Part shown: in pieces, positions 44,191 through 52,541 of the stretch | Position numbering within the stretch: the first letter of the stretch is position 1 | How the letters are laid out: each line of letters starts with the position of its first letter | Assembly: GCA_900314865.1 (NCBI GenBank) | Contig: OMWW01000007.1 | Coordinates: 9,917 to 73,916, forward strand | DNA length: 64,000 bases | From: an uncultured Erysipelotrichaceae bacterium | GTDB taxonomy: Bacteria; Bacillota_I; Bacilli_A; RFN20; CAG-826 | Direction of reading: 5' to 3' | The notes under the pieces: generated by a model | Seen by the model: the letters and a program-made list of their open reading frames with translations, nothing else | Told to the model about the DNA's origin: nothing | Database searches by the model: none | Program-made: the position numbers and the translations under genes

Positions 44191-44275
44191 TGGTGCGCGG
44201 GATGAGAATCGAACTCACACATCTTGCGATATACGCCCCTCAAACGTACGCGTCTACCAGTTCCGCCACCTGCGC
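44191..44275 (-). tRNA. tRNA-Leu(GAG): tRNA-Leu, anticodon GAG
   Basis: Long variable arm, anticodon stem UACGU/GCGUA, loop UUGAGGG and encoded CCA. Confidence 0.85.
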
Positions 44276-44388
44276 AGCACCAAGTTGCTTGTATATTCTA
44301 TGAAAATATTAAAAAAAAGACAAGAGCATAATGATTTTTGTTTTGATATTTGATAAAATATCTATCGCTGTTTAGAGGTAAAAGAAAA

Positions 44389-44961
44389 ATGAAAGAAATT
44401 TTAGTCGAAACAAGTGCTAGACACGTTCACGTCACAGAAGAACAATTTAAGGTCTTATTTGGGGCTGATGCTAAACTCGAAGTCAGAGCGATGTTAAGTC
44501 AACCAGGACAATTCGTCTCTACATCTAGAGTGGATATCGTTGGACCAAAAAGAACCATCAATAACGTTTCTATTCTTGGACCATTTAGAAAAGCTGGCCA
44601 AGTTGAAATCAGTGCCACTGATGCAAGAACCATCGGTGCTCCTGCAATCATTAGAGAAAGTGGTGATTTAGCCGGTAGTGCACCAATTAAAATCGTTGGT
44701 CCTTGTGGAGAAGTTGATCTCGCTGAAGGATTAATCGTTTCTAAACGTCATATACATATGACTACAAAAGACGCAGAAGAATTTGGTGTTTCTAATGGTC
44801 AAATCGTTAAAGTTGAACTCGCTACCGAAGGTAGAAGCTTAATCTTTGGTGATGTTGTTATTAGAGTTAGAGATGATTTCGCTTTAGCGATGCATATCGA
44901 CACTGATGAAAGCAATGCAGCAGGATGTGTTGGTACTGTTTACGGAAAACTTATTAAATAA
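44389..44961 (+). CDS. pduL: PduL-type phosphate acyltransferase
   Basis: Duplicated PduL motifs (SARHVHV and SKRHIHM). ATG 44389 follows AGAGGTAAAAG. Confidence 0.85.
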   Translation: MKEILVETSARHVHVTEEQFKVLFGADAKLEVRAMLSQPGQFVSTSRVDIVGPKRTINNVSILGPFRKAGQVEISATDARTIGAPAIIRESGDLAGSAPIKIVGPCGEVDLAEGLIVSKRHIHMTTKDAEEFGVSNGQIVKVELATEGRSLIFGDVVIRVRDDFALAMHIDTDESNAAGCVGTVYGKLIK

Positions 44962-45209
44962 TGGAAACAATTCATTACTATCCTAAAGGGACATGTTCTG
45001 TTGAAATGTTCATTGAACACGAAAACGGAATTATCCACGAAGTTCGTATTGTAAGAGGTTGCCCAGGTAACACCAAGGGGTTAGCGGCACTCCTAGTAGG
45101 GATGCCACTAGAAGAAGCTCAAAGACGACTTGAAGGTATTCAATGTCGTAATGGAACTAGCTGTCCTGATCAACTTGCAAAAGCGATCAAACAATACTTG
45201 AACAAATAA
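44961..45209 (+). CDS. TSCPD-domain small protein (TIGR03905-like)
   Basis: 82 aa with a conserved Cys pattern (GCPGN...C...C). Confidence 0.6.
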   Translation: METIHYYPKGTCSVEMFIEHENGIIHEVRIVRGCPGNTKGLAALLVGMPLEEAQRRLEGIQCRNGTSCPDQLAKAIKQYLNK

Positions 45210-45234
45210 ACATATTTATATATTATATATAATG

Positions 45235-45341
45235 CTTATCAAGAACCGTGTAAGAAGGATGTGAAAACATGGTAGCAACTCTCAATAGTGAGTAAGTGCT
45301 CTTCCTTAGCAAGGACCCAGAACCTTGAACGATAAGATGAG
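45235..45341 (+). promoter_or_regulatory. SAM-I-like (S-box) riboswitch aptamer, divergent
   Basis: P1 CUUAUC/GAUAAG, AGCAAC, P3 CUCA-AUAG-UGAG, AGUGCU...UCCUUAGCA, P4 CAAGG/CCUUG, followed by AUGAG. Lies upstream of metK. Promoter is TTGAAC-17-TATTAT (45198-45226). Confidence 0.7.
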
Positions 45342-45351
45342 AAGAAATATT

Positions 45352-45383
45352 ACTTCTCCCATTTCTGGGGGAAGTTTTATTTT
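45352..45383 (+). terminator. Riboswitch expression-platform terminator
   Basis: ACUUCUCCC/GGGGGAAGU 9-bp stem (one U-G pair) followed by a U-rich tract. GAGAAG (45339-45344) can compete for CUUCUC. Confidence 0.75.
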
Positions 45384-45394
45384 GAAGGTATCAT

Positions 45395-46561
45395 ATGAAA
45401 AAAGAAAAGATTTTATTTACATCGGAATCCGTCAGTGAAGGACATCCAGACAAAGTCTGCGACCAAATCAGTGATGCGGTTTTAGATGCCTGTTTAAAAG
45501 TAGATTCAAATTCACATGTCGCGTGTGAATGTTTTGCAACTACAGATTATATTCTTGTAGGGGGAGAAATAACCTGCAAAGAAAAAGTCGATATTGTCTC
45601 CATTGTCAAAAGCGTCCTGAAATGTATCGGTTATGACAAGAAGGAATATGGTTGTGATTACCACACAATTGAGATTGTTGATAAAATAAAGCAACAATCT
45701 AGCGACATCAATATGGGGGTTAGTCAAACTCGTCCAGAAGATTTAGGAGCAGGTGACCAAGGAATGATGTTTGGTTACGCTACTAATGAAACCGAAGGAT
45801 ATATGCCTCTTCCAATTTCTATTGCCCATAAGCTTGTTAGAGAAGCAAGCGAACAACGTCATAAAGGTCTTTTTAAAGGTGCTAGACCTGATATGAAGAG
45901 CCAAGTGACAATTGATTACACCGACCCTAATCATTTAAGAATTGATAATGTCTTAATGTCTTGTCAGCATGACCCAGACGTGGACTTAGATGAATTTAAA
46001 AAATATATCCATGAAAATATCATGAAGAAAGTCATTAAAAGCTTTGGATTCAATGATGATTTTGATTATCTAATCAATCCAACTGGAAGATTCGTTTTAG
46101 GCGGACCTGCTGGAGACACTGGTTTAACCGGAAGAAAAATCATCGTTGATACGTATGGAGGAAGTGCACATCACGGTGGAGGAGCATTCTCTGGAAAAGA
46201 CCCTTCTAAAGTTGATCGTAGTGGAGCTTATATGGCGAGATACATCGCTAAAAACTTAGTGGCAGCAGGAGTGGCGGACCGACTTGAAGTTCAACTCTCC
46301 TATGCGATTGGGGTTCCTCATCCATTAAGTGTCGCCGTGGATACCTTTGGTTCCTCAAAATATTCTAAAGAAAGAATCTTAGAAATTATTGATGAAGTGT
46401 TTGATTGCCGTCCTGGTATGATTATCAAAAACTTCTCACTTAAAAATCCTTCCTTCAAATATCAAGACATATCTAACTATGGTCACTTTGGTAGACCAGA
46501 TGTTGATCTCCCTTGGGAACATCTTGATAAAGTTGAAGAAATCAAAAAACTACTTAAATAA
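45395..46561 (+). CDS. metK: S-adenosylmethionine synthase
   Basis: GHPDKVCDQISDAVLDA, GAGDQGMMFGYA and GGGAFSGKD motifs. Confidence 0.97.
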   Translation: MKKEKILFTSESVSEGHPDKVCDQISDAVLDACLKVDSNSHVACECFATTDYILVGGEITCKEKVDIVSIVKSVLKCIGYDKKEYGCDYHTIEIVDKIKQQSSDINMGVSQTRPEDLGAGDQGMMFGYATNETEGYMPLPISIAHKLVREASEQRHKGLFKGARPDMKSQVTIDYTDPNHLRIDNVLMSCQHDPDVDLDEFKKYIHENIMKKVIKSFGFNDDFDYLINPTGRFVLGGPAGDTGLTGRKIIVDTYGGSAHHGGGAFSGKDPSKVDRSGAYMARYIAKNLVAAGVADRLEVQLSYAIGVPHPLSVAVDTFGSSKYSKERILEIIDEVFDCRPGMIIKNFSLKNPSFKYQDISNYGHFGRPDVDLPWEHLDKVEEIKKLLK

Positions 46562-46568
46562 ACCAATT

Positions 46569-46593
46569 AGAGCGGAAGAGACCCGCTCTTTTT
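46569..46593 (+). terminator. metK terminator
   Basis: AGAGCGG/CCGCTCT stem followed by T4. Confidence 0.75.
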
Positions 46594-46691
46594 GTATAAA
46601 ACTAATATTAAAACTTTAATATTGATACTCAAATGTCTTATAATAAAAGTGTGATCCTATTCTAGGAATTTGGAAAGGAGACTATAGTATC

Positions 46692-47243
46692 ATGAAATAC
46701 CAAATTATCGGAAAGAACATCGAAGTGACCGAAGGCATTTCGCATGCTCTTCAAAGCAAACTTGCAAAGATGGACAAGTACTTCTTAATCAAAGAAGATG
46801 TTGAATGTCGTTGCGTCGTTAGTGCGCATAACACCGCACAAAAAGTGGAAGTTACAATCTTCTTACCTCAAATGCCACTTAGAGCAGAGGTTGAACACGA
46901 AGACTTATACTGTGCTATCGATCTGATTATCGATAAACTCGAAGGTCAAATGAGAAAGATTAAGACTAGGATGGATAGAAGTAACAATCGTTTATCCTTA
47001 GGAAAAGCTATCGATTTTGATCAAGTCGAGGAAGAACAAAGAGAAGAAGGCAAAGACGTTGTTGTCAGAGCCAAATCTTACTATTTACAACCAATGACCA
47101 TCGAAGAAGCAATTACTCGTATGGAAGCATTAGGACATCCATTCTTCATGTATTTAGATGAAGAAGACGACCGTATTTCCACCGTTTATATTCGTAATGA
47201 TGGCGGCTACGGAGTTATCCAAGCTGAGAACCCAATTAAATAA
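46692..47243 (+). CDS. hpf: Ribosome hibernation-promoting factor (long form)
   Basis: S30AE N-domain plus C-terminal dimerisation domain (YYLQPMTIEEA...FFMY). Confidence 0.9.
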   Translation: MKYQIIGKNIEVTEGISHALQSKLAKMDKYFLIKEDVECRCVVSAHNTAQKVEVTIFLPQMPLRAEVEHEDLYCAIDLIIDKLEGQMRKIKTRMDRSNNRLSLGKAIDFDQVEEEQREEGKDVVVRAKSYYLQPMTIEEAITRMEALGHPFFMYLDEEDDRISTVYIRNDGGYGVIQAENPIK

Positions 47244-47261
47244 TTTATTTAATTAATTATG

Positions 47262-47289
47262 GGAACGTCCTCGGGGCGTTCCTTTTTTT
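47262..47289 (+). terminator. hpf terminator
   Basis: GGAACGTCC/GGGGCGTTCC stem followed by T7. Confidence 0.75.
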
Positions 47290-47427
47290 GTAAGATAATA
47301 GGGAATATCATAAATATTTTTATGACAAACCCCATTAGTTGTGTATAATATTTAAAGCCCATATTTTGGAACTACTATCCGTTTGTGAAGTTTAATCTTC
47401 CAAAATGTATTGAAGGAGGGCATGCAA

Positions 47428-48276
47428 ATGAAAAACATTAATCAATACAACTTTGACATCATCCACGTCGCTACACATTTAAGAGACACTCTTGAATATG
47501 TTTTACCACGTGAACACGATGCTAAACCATATGATCAAAGAAAGGCTGTTCTTACTAAAGGGCTCGAAGTTGAAACTCCACTTGGAAAATTCTTAGACGC
47601 CAATAAAGATAAATTTGAAAGCTTTGTCACCAAATACCGTGAAATGCTTGATGATCTTTATGGTGATGATTCCACAGTGTTAGTGAAAACTGCTGAAGGA
47701 AAAATTAGAGTTGATCATTCTCAACACTTAAAGATTTATGACTATGTCGTCAATCTTATGGAACCACTTAGAGATATCATCTATTTCCACATCAACCTTG
47801 CTAGACAAAATAACGAAAAGGAAGCAGTCATTGAAAACTTAATGCCTGTTGATGATCGTCACTATCGTTTATTCTTATTCTTGCTCTTAATGCAAGATTT
47901 CCAAAAATCATTCTTTGAATTCCAAAAAGTGATGGGTGAAAGTGGTGGAAAACCAACCCCACAATCAAACTTCATCGTTCAAAACGAATTAGCGAAGTAC
48001 GCGGAAATGTTGCGTTTTGTGAGAAGTCACAATCACTGCACTGATAACGAAACCCTTGACGCACTCGACAAATGTTTACAAGTTGTTGAAATGAGTGAAG
48101 GTAGAAGAGATAGAAGAGATAACAAGAACTTCCCAGATTTATTTAAAGAAGCTCTTGATAACGTTAACTCTTTAGTCCAAAAGAATGGACCAAAATGGCA
48201 AGAACTCTTTAATAAAGCTCTTCAAGAAATGCTTGCGGACATCAGAAATGCTCAAGCAGGCAAACCAAACGCTTAA
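47428..48276 (+). CDS. Hypothetical soluble protein, no family recognised
   Basis: AAGGAGGG ribosome-binding site 7 nt before ATG 47428. Appears largely helical. Promoter is ATGACA-16-TATAAT (47322-47349). Confidence 0.6.
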   Translation: MKNINQYNFDIIHVATHLRDTLEYVLPREHDAKPYDQRKAVLTKGLEVETPLGKFLDANKDKFESFVTKYREMLDDLYGDDSTVLVKTAEGKIRVDHSQHLKIYDYVVNLMEPLRDIIYFHINLARQNNEKEAVIENLMPVDDRHYRLFLFLLLMQDFQKSFFEFQKVMGESGGKPTPQSNFIVQNELAKYAEMLRFVRSHNHCTDNETLDALDKCLQVVEMSEGRRDRRDNKNFPDLFKEALDNVNSLVQKNGPKWQELFNKALQEMLADIRNAQAGKPNA

Positions 48277-48308
48277 TTTAAAAAATTAATTTATTAACAG
48301 GTATCAAT

Positions 48309-48668
48309 ATGAAGAAAAAAATCAAACTTCCATTATCTATATTTGAAATTGTCGCTTATTCCTTACTCTTACTTCTTGGAATTTGGGGATTTGTGTACAC
48401 CATCTTAGGATTTGTCTGTGAATTCCTTTCTCCATTTAAGTCCTCTTTAGCGGCTCAAAATATTGCGATTGCTAATAACACTGCTGGTATGGGATTTATG
48501 TATCAAGGATTCCTTATTATGGGACTTGCAATTCTTGCCGCTGTTATCATCTTATTAGCGAATGCTAAAAAGAGTGATAGAGATTTCGAAAGACAACAAC
48601 GTCGTGCAGCTAGACTTGCTAAAGACAACAAAGTTGTGGATGTGGAATCTACTCCTGTTAACGAATAA
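48309..48668 (+). CDS. Small 2-TM membrane protein with basic C-tail
   Basis: 119 aa with two hydrophobic helices and an RQQRRAARLAK tail. Confidence 0.5.
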   Translation: MKKKIKLPLSIFEIVAYSLLLLLGIWGFVYTILGFVCEFLSPFKSSLAAQNIAIANNTAGMGFMYQGFLIMGLAILAAVIILLANAKKSDRDFERQQRRAARLAKDNKVVDVESTPVNE

Positions 48669-48682
48669 TTAGAAAAGCAAAG

Positions 48683-48722
48683 AAAAAAAGAATCTCGGTT
48701 GATGAACTGAGATTCTTTTTTT
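48683..48722. terminator. Bidirectional terminator
   Basis: AGAATCTC/GAGATTCT stem flanked by A6 and T6. Confidence 0.7.
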
Positions 48723-49826
48723 CTAATCAGTGATGTCTTTATCAATAACGACAGAGAATTCGTATTCTGGATGGAGCTTCTTAAGTTTATCAATCACTTC
48801 TTTTACTAAACCTTCAGGATTTTCTTCATCAAAATCGATAACGATATCAAAGGAAACGTTCTTTAATTCTTCATCGACATAGAAACCATGTATTTGAATG
48901 ATGTTCTTAAATTCGTTAAGAAGATTATGAACATCTTTTTTAATTGCCTGAATAGTTGGATTTGAAGAGTTAGAGGCATATATGCCTACAGTTAAGATTA
49001 CTCCATATTTTAAATATACTGCAGTAGCAATTTTTCTACTGAGTGGATGAATTTCTTTGGCGGTTAAGTTGTCATCAACTTCAATATGGATGGAGCCAAT
49101 GGCTCTAGTTGGTCCATAGTTATTCAAAATAAGATCATATGAACCTTTAACCTCTGGGAAAGAGTTTACGGTTTCTTTAATCGCTAAAGCGGTTTCTTTA
49201 GAGGAACGTTCTCCTACGATATTACTAACTGCGCCTTGAAGAACACCGACGCCACTCTTGATGATGAATAAACCGATAACGATACCTAAATATCCTTCGA
49301 TGAAGACATTTGTATACATCGCTACTAAAGCACCCACTAAAGTGGCTAAAGATAATAGTGCATCAAATAAAGCGTCGATTCCGCTTCCTTTAAGGGCGTC
49401 ACTATTAGTTTTCTTAGCCATCTTGGTGAAAAACCAACCGATGACAACTTTCACTAAAATAGCAGCGGAAACGATGATTAAAGTGGTGTTATCGTAATTA
49501 GCGGTTTTCCCTCCAATCAAAGAAAGAATAGATTCATATATCGCGGTTCCACCAGCGATAAGAATGATAATGGCGATGATTAGAGCAGTGACGTATTCAA
49601 TACGTCCGTGTCCAAAAGGATGCTTCTTATCTGGTTTTTTATTAGCGAGTTTAGTGCCGATAATGGTGATGACACTACTAAGAGCGTCAGTTAAGTTATT
49701 GACCGCATCTAAAATGATAGAGATAGATCCAGCAATAATACCAACGATGGCTTTTCCGACTACCAATAGTATGTTAGCGAGAATGCCAACAATACTCGTT
49801 CTAATAATCGTTTGTTCTCTAGTCAT
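48723..49826 (-). CDS. Cation diffusion facilitator family transporter
   Basis: 6 TM helices, HPFGHGRIEY motif and a cytoplasmic CDF C-domain. Confidence 0.85.
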   Translation of the reverse strand: MTREQTIIRTSIVGILANILLVVGKAIVGIIAGSISIILDAVNNLTDALSSVITIIGTKLANKKPDKKHPFGHGRIEYVTALIIAIIILIAGGTAIYESILSLIGGKTANYDNTTLIIVSAAILVKVVIGWFFTKMAKKTNSDALKGSGIDALFDALLSLATLVGALVAMYTNVFIEGYLGIVIGLFIIKSGVGVLQGAVSNIVGERSSKETALAIKETVNSFPEVKGSYDLILNNYGPTRAIGSIHIEVDDNLTAKEIHPLSRKIATAVYLKYGVILTVGIYASNSSNPTIQAIKKDVHNLLNEFKNIIQIHGFYVDEELKNVSFDIVIDFDEENPEGLVKEVIDKLKKLHPEYEFSVVIDKDITD

Positions 49827-50305
49827 TATTTTTCTAAAGCCTTCTTGATGTCTTCTTCAAACTTTTCTGGTTTTGTGGTTGGTTCAAATCTAGCAATCAC
49901 ATTGCCATTACGATCAACGAGGAATTTCGTAAAATTCCATTTCACTTTTTTATATTTGTTTTTCTCGTTTTGAGAACAAAGGAATTTAAATAAAGGCTCT
50001 GCTTTATCTCCGTTAACTTCTACCTTCTTGAATCTTGGGAATTGAGTATTGAATCTCAAAGAACAGAAAGTGTTGATTTCTTCATCTGTTCCTGGGGCTT
50101 GATGGAAGAATTGATTGCATGGGAAATCAAGAATTTCAAATCCTTGTTCTCTATATTTCTCATATAATTCTTCTAAACCTTTATATTGTGGGGTGAAGCC
50201 ACATCCTGTCGCAGTGTTAACGATAAGAAGGACTTTTCCTTCGTATTGTTTCAGAGAAACATCGTTACCTTTTTGATCTTTAACAATAAAATCATAAACG
50301 TTCAT
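49826..50305 (-). CDS. Glutathione peroxidase-family thiol peroxidase
   Basis: LIVNTATGCGFTPQY active-site region and WNFTKFLVDR motif. Confidence 0.88.
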   Translation of the reverse strand: MNVYDFIVKDQKGNDVSLKQYEGKVLLIVNTATGCGFTPQYKGLEELYEKYREQGFEILDFPCNQFFHQAPGTDEEINTFCSLRFNTQFPRFKKVEVNGDKAEPLFKFLCSQNEKNKYKKVKWNFTKFLVDRNGNVIARFEPTTKPEKFEEDIKKALEK

Positions 50306-50462
50306 ATCTATATAACCTCCTGATTTAGTTTTTTATGTAATCTGATAGTATTATAACTTATTATTCCCACAGTTTTCCTTAATAACGATTTTATTTTTTT
50401 CTTGATGCTTATATATTGCTTTGTGTCGCAATCGTGATACAATTATATCGAGGTTATTTTAT

Positions 50463-50795
50463 ATGGCAAAAACAGAGACTGTCCACACTAGAGTGACACA
50501 TGATATTAAAGAACAAGCCGATAGGATTTTTTCTAGACTAGGCTTAACAACGAGTCAAGCAATTATGTTGTTTTTAACAGCAACTGTTAATAGAAATGGA
50601 TTGCCATTTGAATTAATGATTCCAACAGAGGAAGAAAAAGAGGATTTTGTTTTTGCAAATTCTATTGCTTCCATGAATGGATCAGAGCCAAGCGAACATG
50701 CAAAAGAACTTTTGCTGCTTTATAAACGAGGTATCATCGATTACGAAACCGCATTATTCGCAATCAAGAGACGTTACAAAAACACAAATAGTTAA
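50463..50795 (+). CDS. RelB/DinJ-family antitoxin-like protein with ~55-aa C-terminal extension
   Basis: RHH region VHTRVTHDIKEQADRIFSRLGLTTSQAIMLFL...GLPFEL. ATG 50463 is preferred over the upstream in-frame start. Confidence 0.65.
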   Translation: MAKTETVHTRVTHDIKEQADRIFSRLGLTTSQAIMLFLTATVNRNGLPFELMIPTEEEKEDFVFANSIASMNGSEPSEHAKELLLLYKRGIIDYETALFAIKRRYKNTNS

Positions 50796-50841
50796 AAATA
50801 TATTTATCTTTTAGAAAAGATATGTGTATTATATATATCTT

Positions 50842-51435
50842 ATGGAAAAGAAACGTTATTTTAATACAAGAATGATTGCGACCACCGGTATATTAACCGG
50901 AATCGAAATTGTTCTTCAAATTATTGGAAATTATATAAACCCTAGCTTTGCTAACATCAATCTTAGTCTTATACCTATCGCTTTAGGAGCGATATTATAT
51001 GGACCAATCGTTGGTGGATTTTTAGGACTTGTCTGTGGAGTGATGGTCTTAGTCTCTCCTAGCACAATGTCTGTGTTCTTTACTCTTTCTCCAGTAGGCA
51101 CTGTCTTTGCTTGTTTACTTAAAACAACTTTAGCAGGTGTTATTGCTGGCTTTGTGATGAAGCTTTGTAAACAAAGAACGATGTTAGGCTCTATCTTAGC
51201 CTCAATCCTTGTTCCTACAATTAACACGGGAATATTCTGTATCTTTGCAGTCATATTCTTTAAGCCGTTATTAGATAGCATGGTTGCTCAAGGCACATTC
51301 CATGATACCTTTGGAGCGCTTTTCCTAGGCATGGTGGGAGTGAATTTCATTTTTGAAATCATTTCTACAACGATTTTAACTCCAAGCTTATATAAGATTA
51401 TTGAACACAATCGTAGCGCTTATCGTTACCAATAA
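50842..51435 (+). CDS. Membrane protein, ECF-transporter S-component-like
   Basis: About 6 TM helices with Gly-rich helices typical of ECF S components. Substrate unknown; no riboswitch upstream. Confidence 0.45.
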   Translation: MEKKRYFNTRMIATTGILTGIEIVLQIIGNYINPSFANINLSLIPIALGAILYGPIVGGFLGLVCGVMVLVSPSTMSVFFTLSPVGTVFACLLKTTLAGVIAGFVMKLCKQRTMLGSILASILVPTINTGIFCIFAVIFFKPLLDSMVAQGTFHDTFGALFLGMVGVNFIFEIISTTILTPSLYKIIEHNRSAYRYQ

Positions 51436-51482
51436 AACTTGCTACCATTTTAATTACAAAAACACATACAATATTTATAGAT

Positions 51483-52385
51483 ATGCATTTACGTAAATTA
51501 TTACTTCTTCCGTTAGTGACTATTTTCTTTGCGGGTTGTGGAAGTGAAACTACACCTAGTGAGAACCCTAATTGGGATAAAGCGACCCTTGAGATTTTAA
51601 AATACAATTATCCAGGCGCGGATGTTCCATATTTTTCTTTCCCTGATTTTGGAAAGCTAAGTGTTAACTATGAAAGTAACTATTTAGAAGTAATTGGAGA
51701 TAAAGAACTTAAAAATAATACCTCTTTTATGAAAACTAAAGGGTTGCTTGAAGCCTTTAACTATATAGATAAATATAAGGATATAAGGAGCGATACTACT
51801 TTAAGCGATAAAGAAAAGCTCTATTTAACATGGAACTATCCAATGCAATTAAAGTATAAGAATCCTCAAGAGAAGATCCGATATTTAGATGTCTATTTCT
51901 CTTCAACTTTAAGGAAAGATAAAGACTATAGTGGAGAAGATAATGGATACTTCTATGCCAAAATTGAAAATCTTTATAAATATTCTTGGACAGATGTTAA
52001 TGCGAGCGATATAATAGCATACGGCTTTGATGATAGTGAAGGTGAGTTATACTCCTCTATCGTGAGTGAGTTAGTTCCTTTTAATGGCGACTCTACCTAC
52101 AAATCACCAATCAAAAAAAGTGACTATCCAACCTATGTAGATGAAAACGGATATCTTCCATATTACATCGACGATGTTGAAGAAGAAGTTCTAGTTGCCT
52201 ATAAAGATAGTCTCCTCGTTCATTCTTGGGAAGTCATCGAACACGAAGTTGAACATGTCTACGATGAAGAAGGTTCCGAGAAGTTCTACACCGCTATTAG
52301 TAGTAGCGGATTAATCACGCTTGATATTTATTATGGCGAGATATCTAAACAGGTAGTTTTGAATGTTTATATATCTAACATATAA
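51483..52385 (+). CDS. Lipoprotein, paralog family member 1
   Basis: Signal peptide with lipobox FFAGC. Homologous to residues ~130-460 of the next protein. Confidence 0.75.
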   Translation: MHLRKLLLLPLVTIFFAGCGSETTPSENPNWDKATLEILKYNYPGADVPYFSFPDFGKLSVNYESNYLEVIGDKELKNNTSFMKTKGLLEAFNYIDKYKDIRSDTTLSDKEKLYLTWNYPMQLKYKNPQEKIRYLDVYFSSTLRKDKDYSGEDNGYFYAKIENLYKYSWTDVNASDIIAYGFDDSEGELYSSIVSELVPFNGDSTYKSPIKKSDYPTYVDENGYLPYYIDDVEEEVLVAYKDSLLVHSWEVIEHEVEHVYDEEGSEKFYTAISSSGLITLDIYYGEISKQVVLNVYISNI

Positions 52386-52448
52386 ATATTGTTAGACAAA
52401 TTAAATTAAACTTAAAAAAAGCACATTTTGCTTGAGATGTGTAATTTT

Positions 52449-52478
52449 GAGCCAACTTTGTTGGCTCTAATTTTTTTT
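52449..52478 (+). terminator. Terminator after lipoprotein 1
   Basis: GAGCCAAC/GTTGGCTC stem followed by T8. Confidence 0.75.
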
Positions 52479-52541
52479 CTTGATTGAATTATATGTTTAG
52501 ATGATAATAATAAACAAATTTAATAAAGGAGGGCTCATATT

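Noticed and set aside
50325-50370. Looked for a dif/Xer site or replication-terminus signature, prompted by the AT-rich TTATGTAA-like words here and at 57860.
   Set aside because: There is no 28-bp match to the Firmicutes dif consensus, and there is no clear strand-bias switch in the window.
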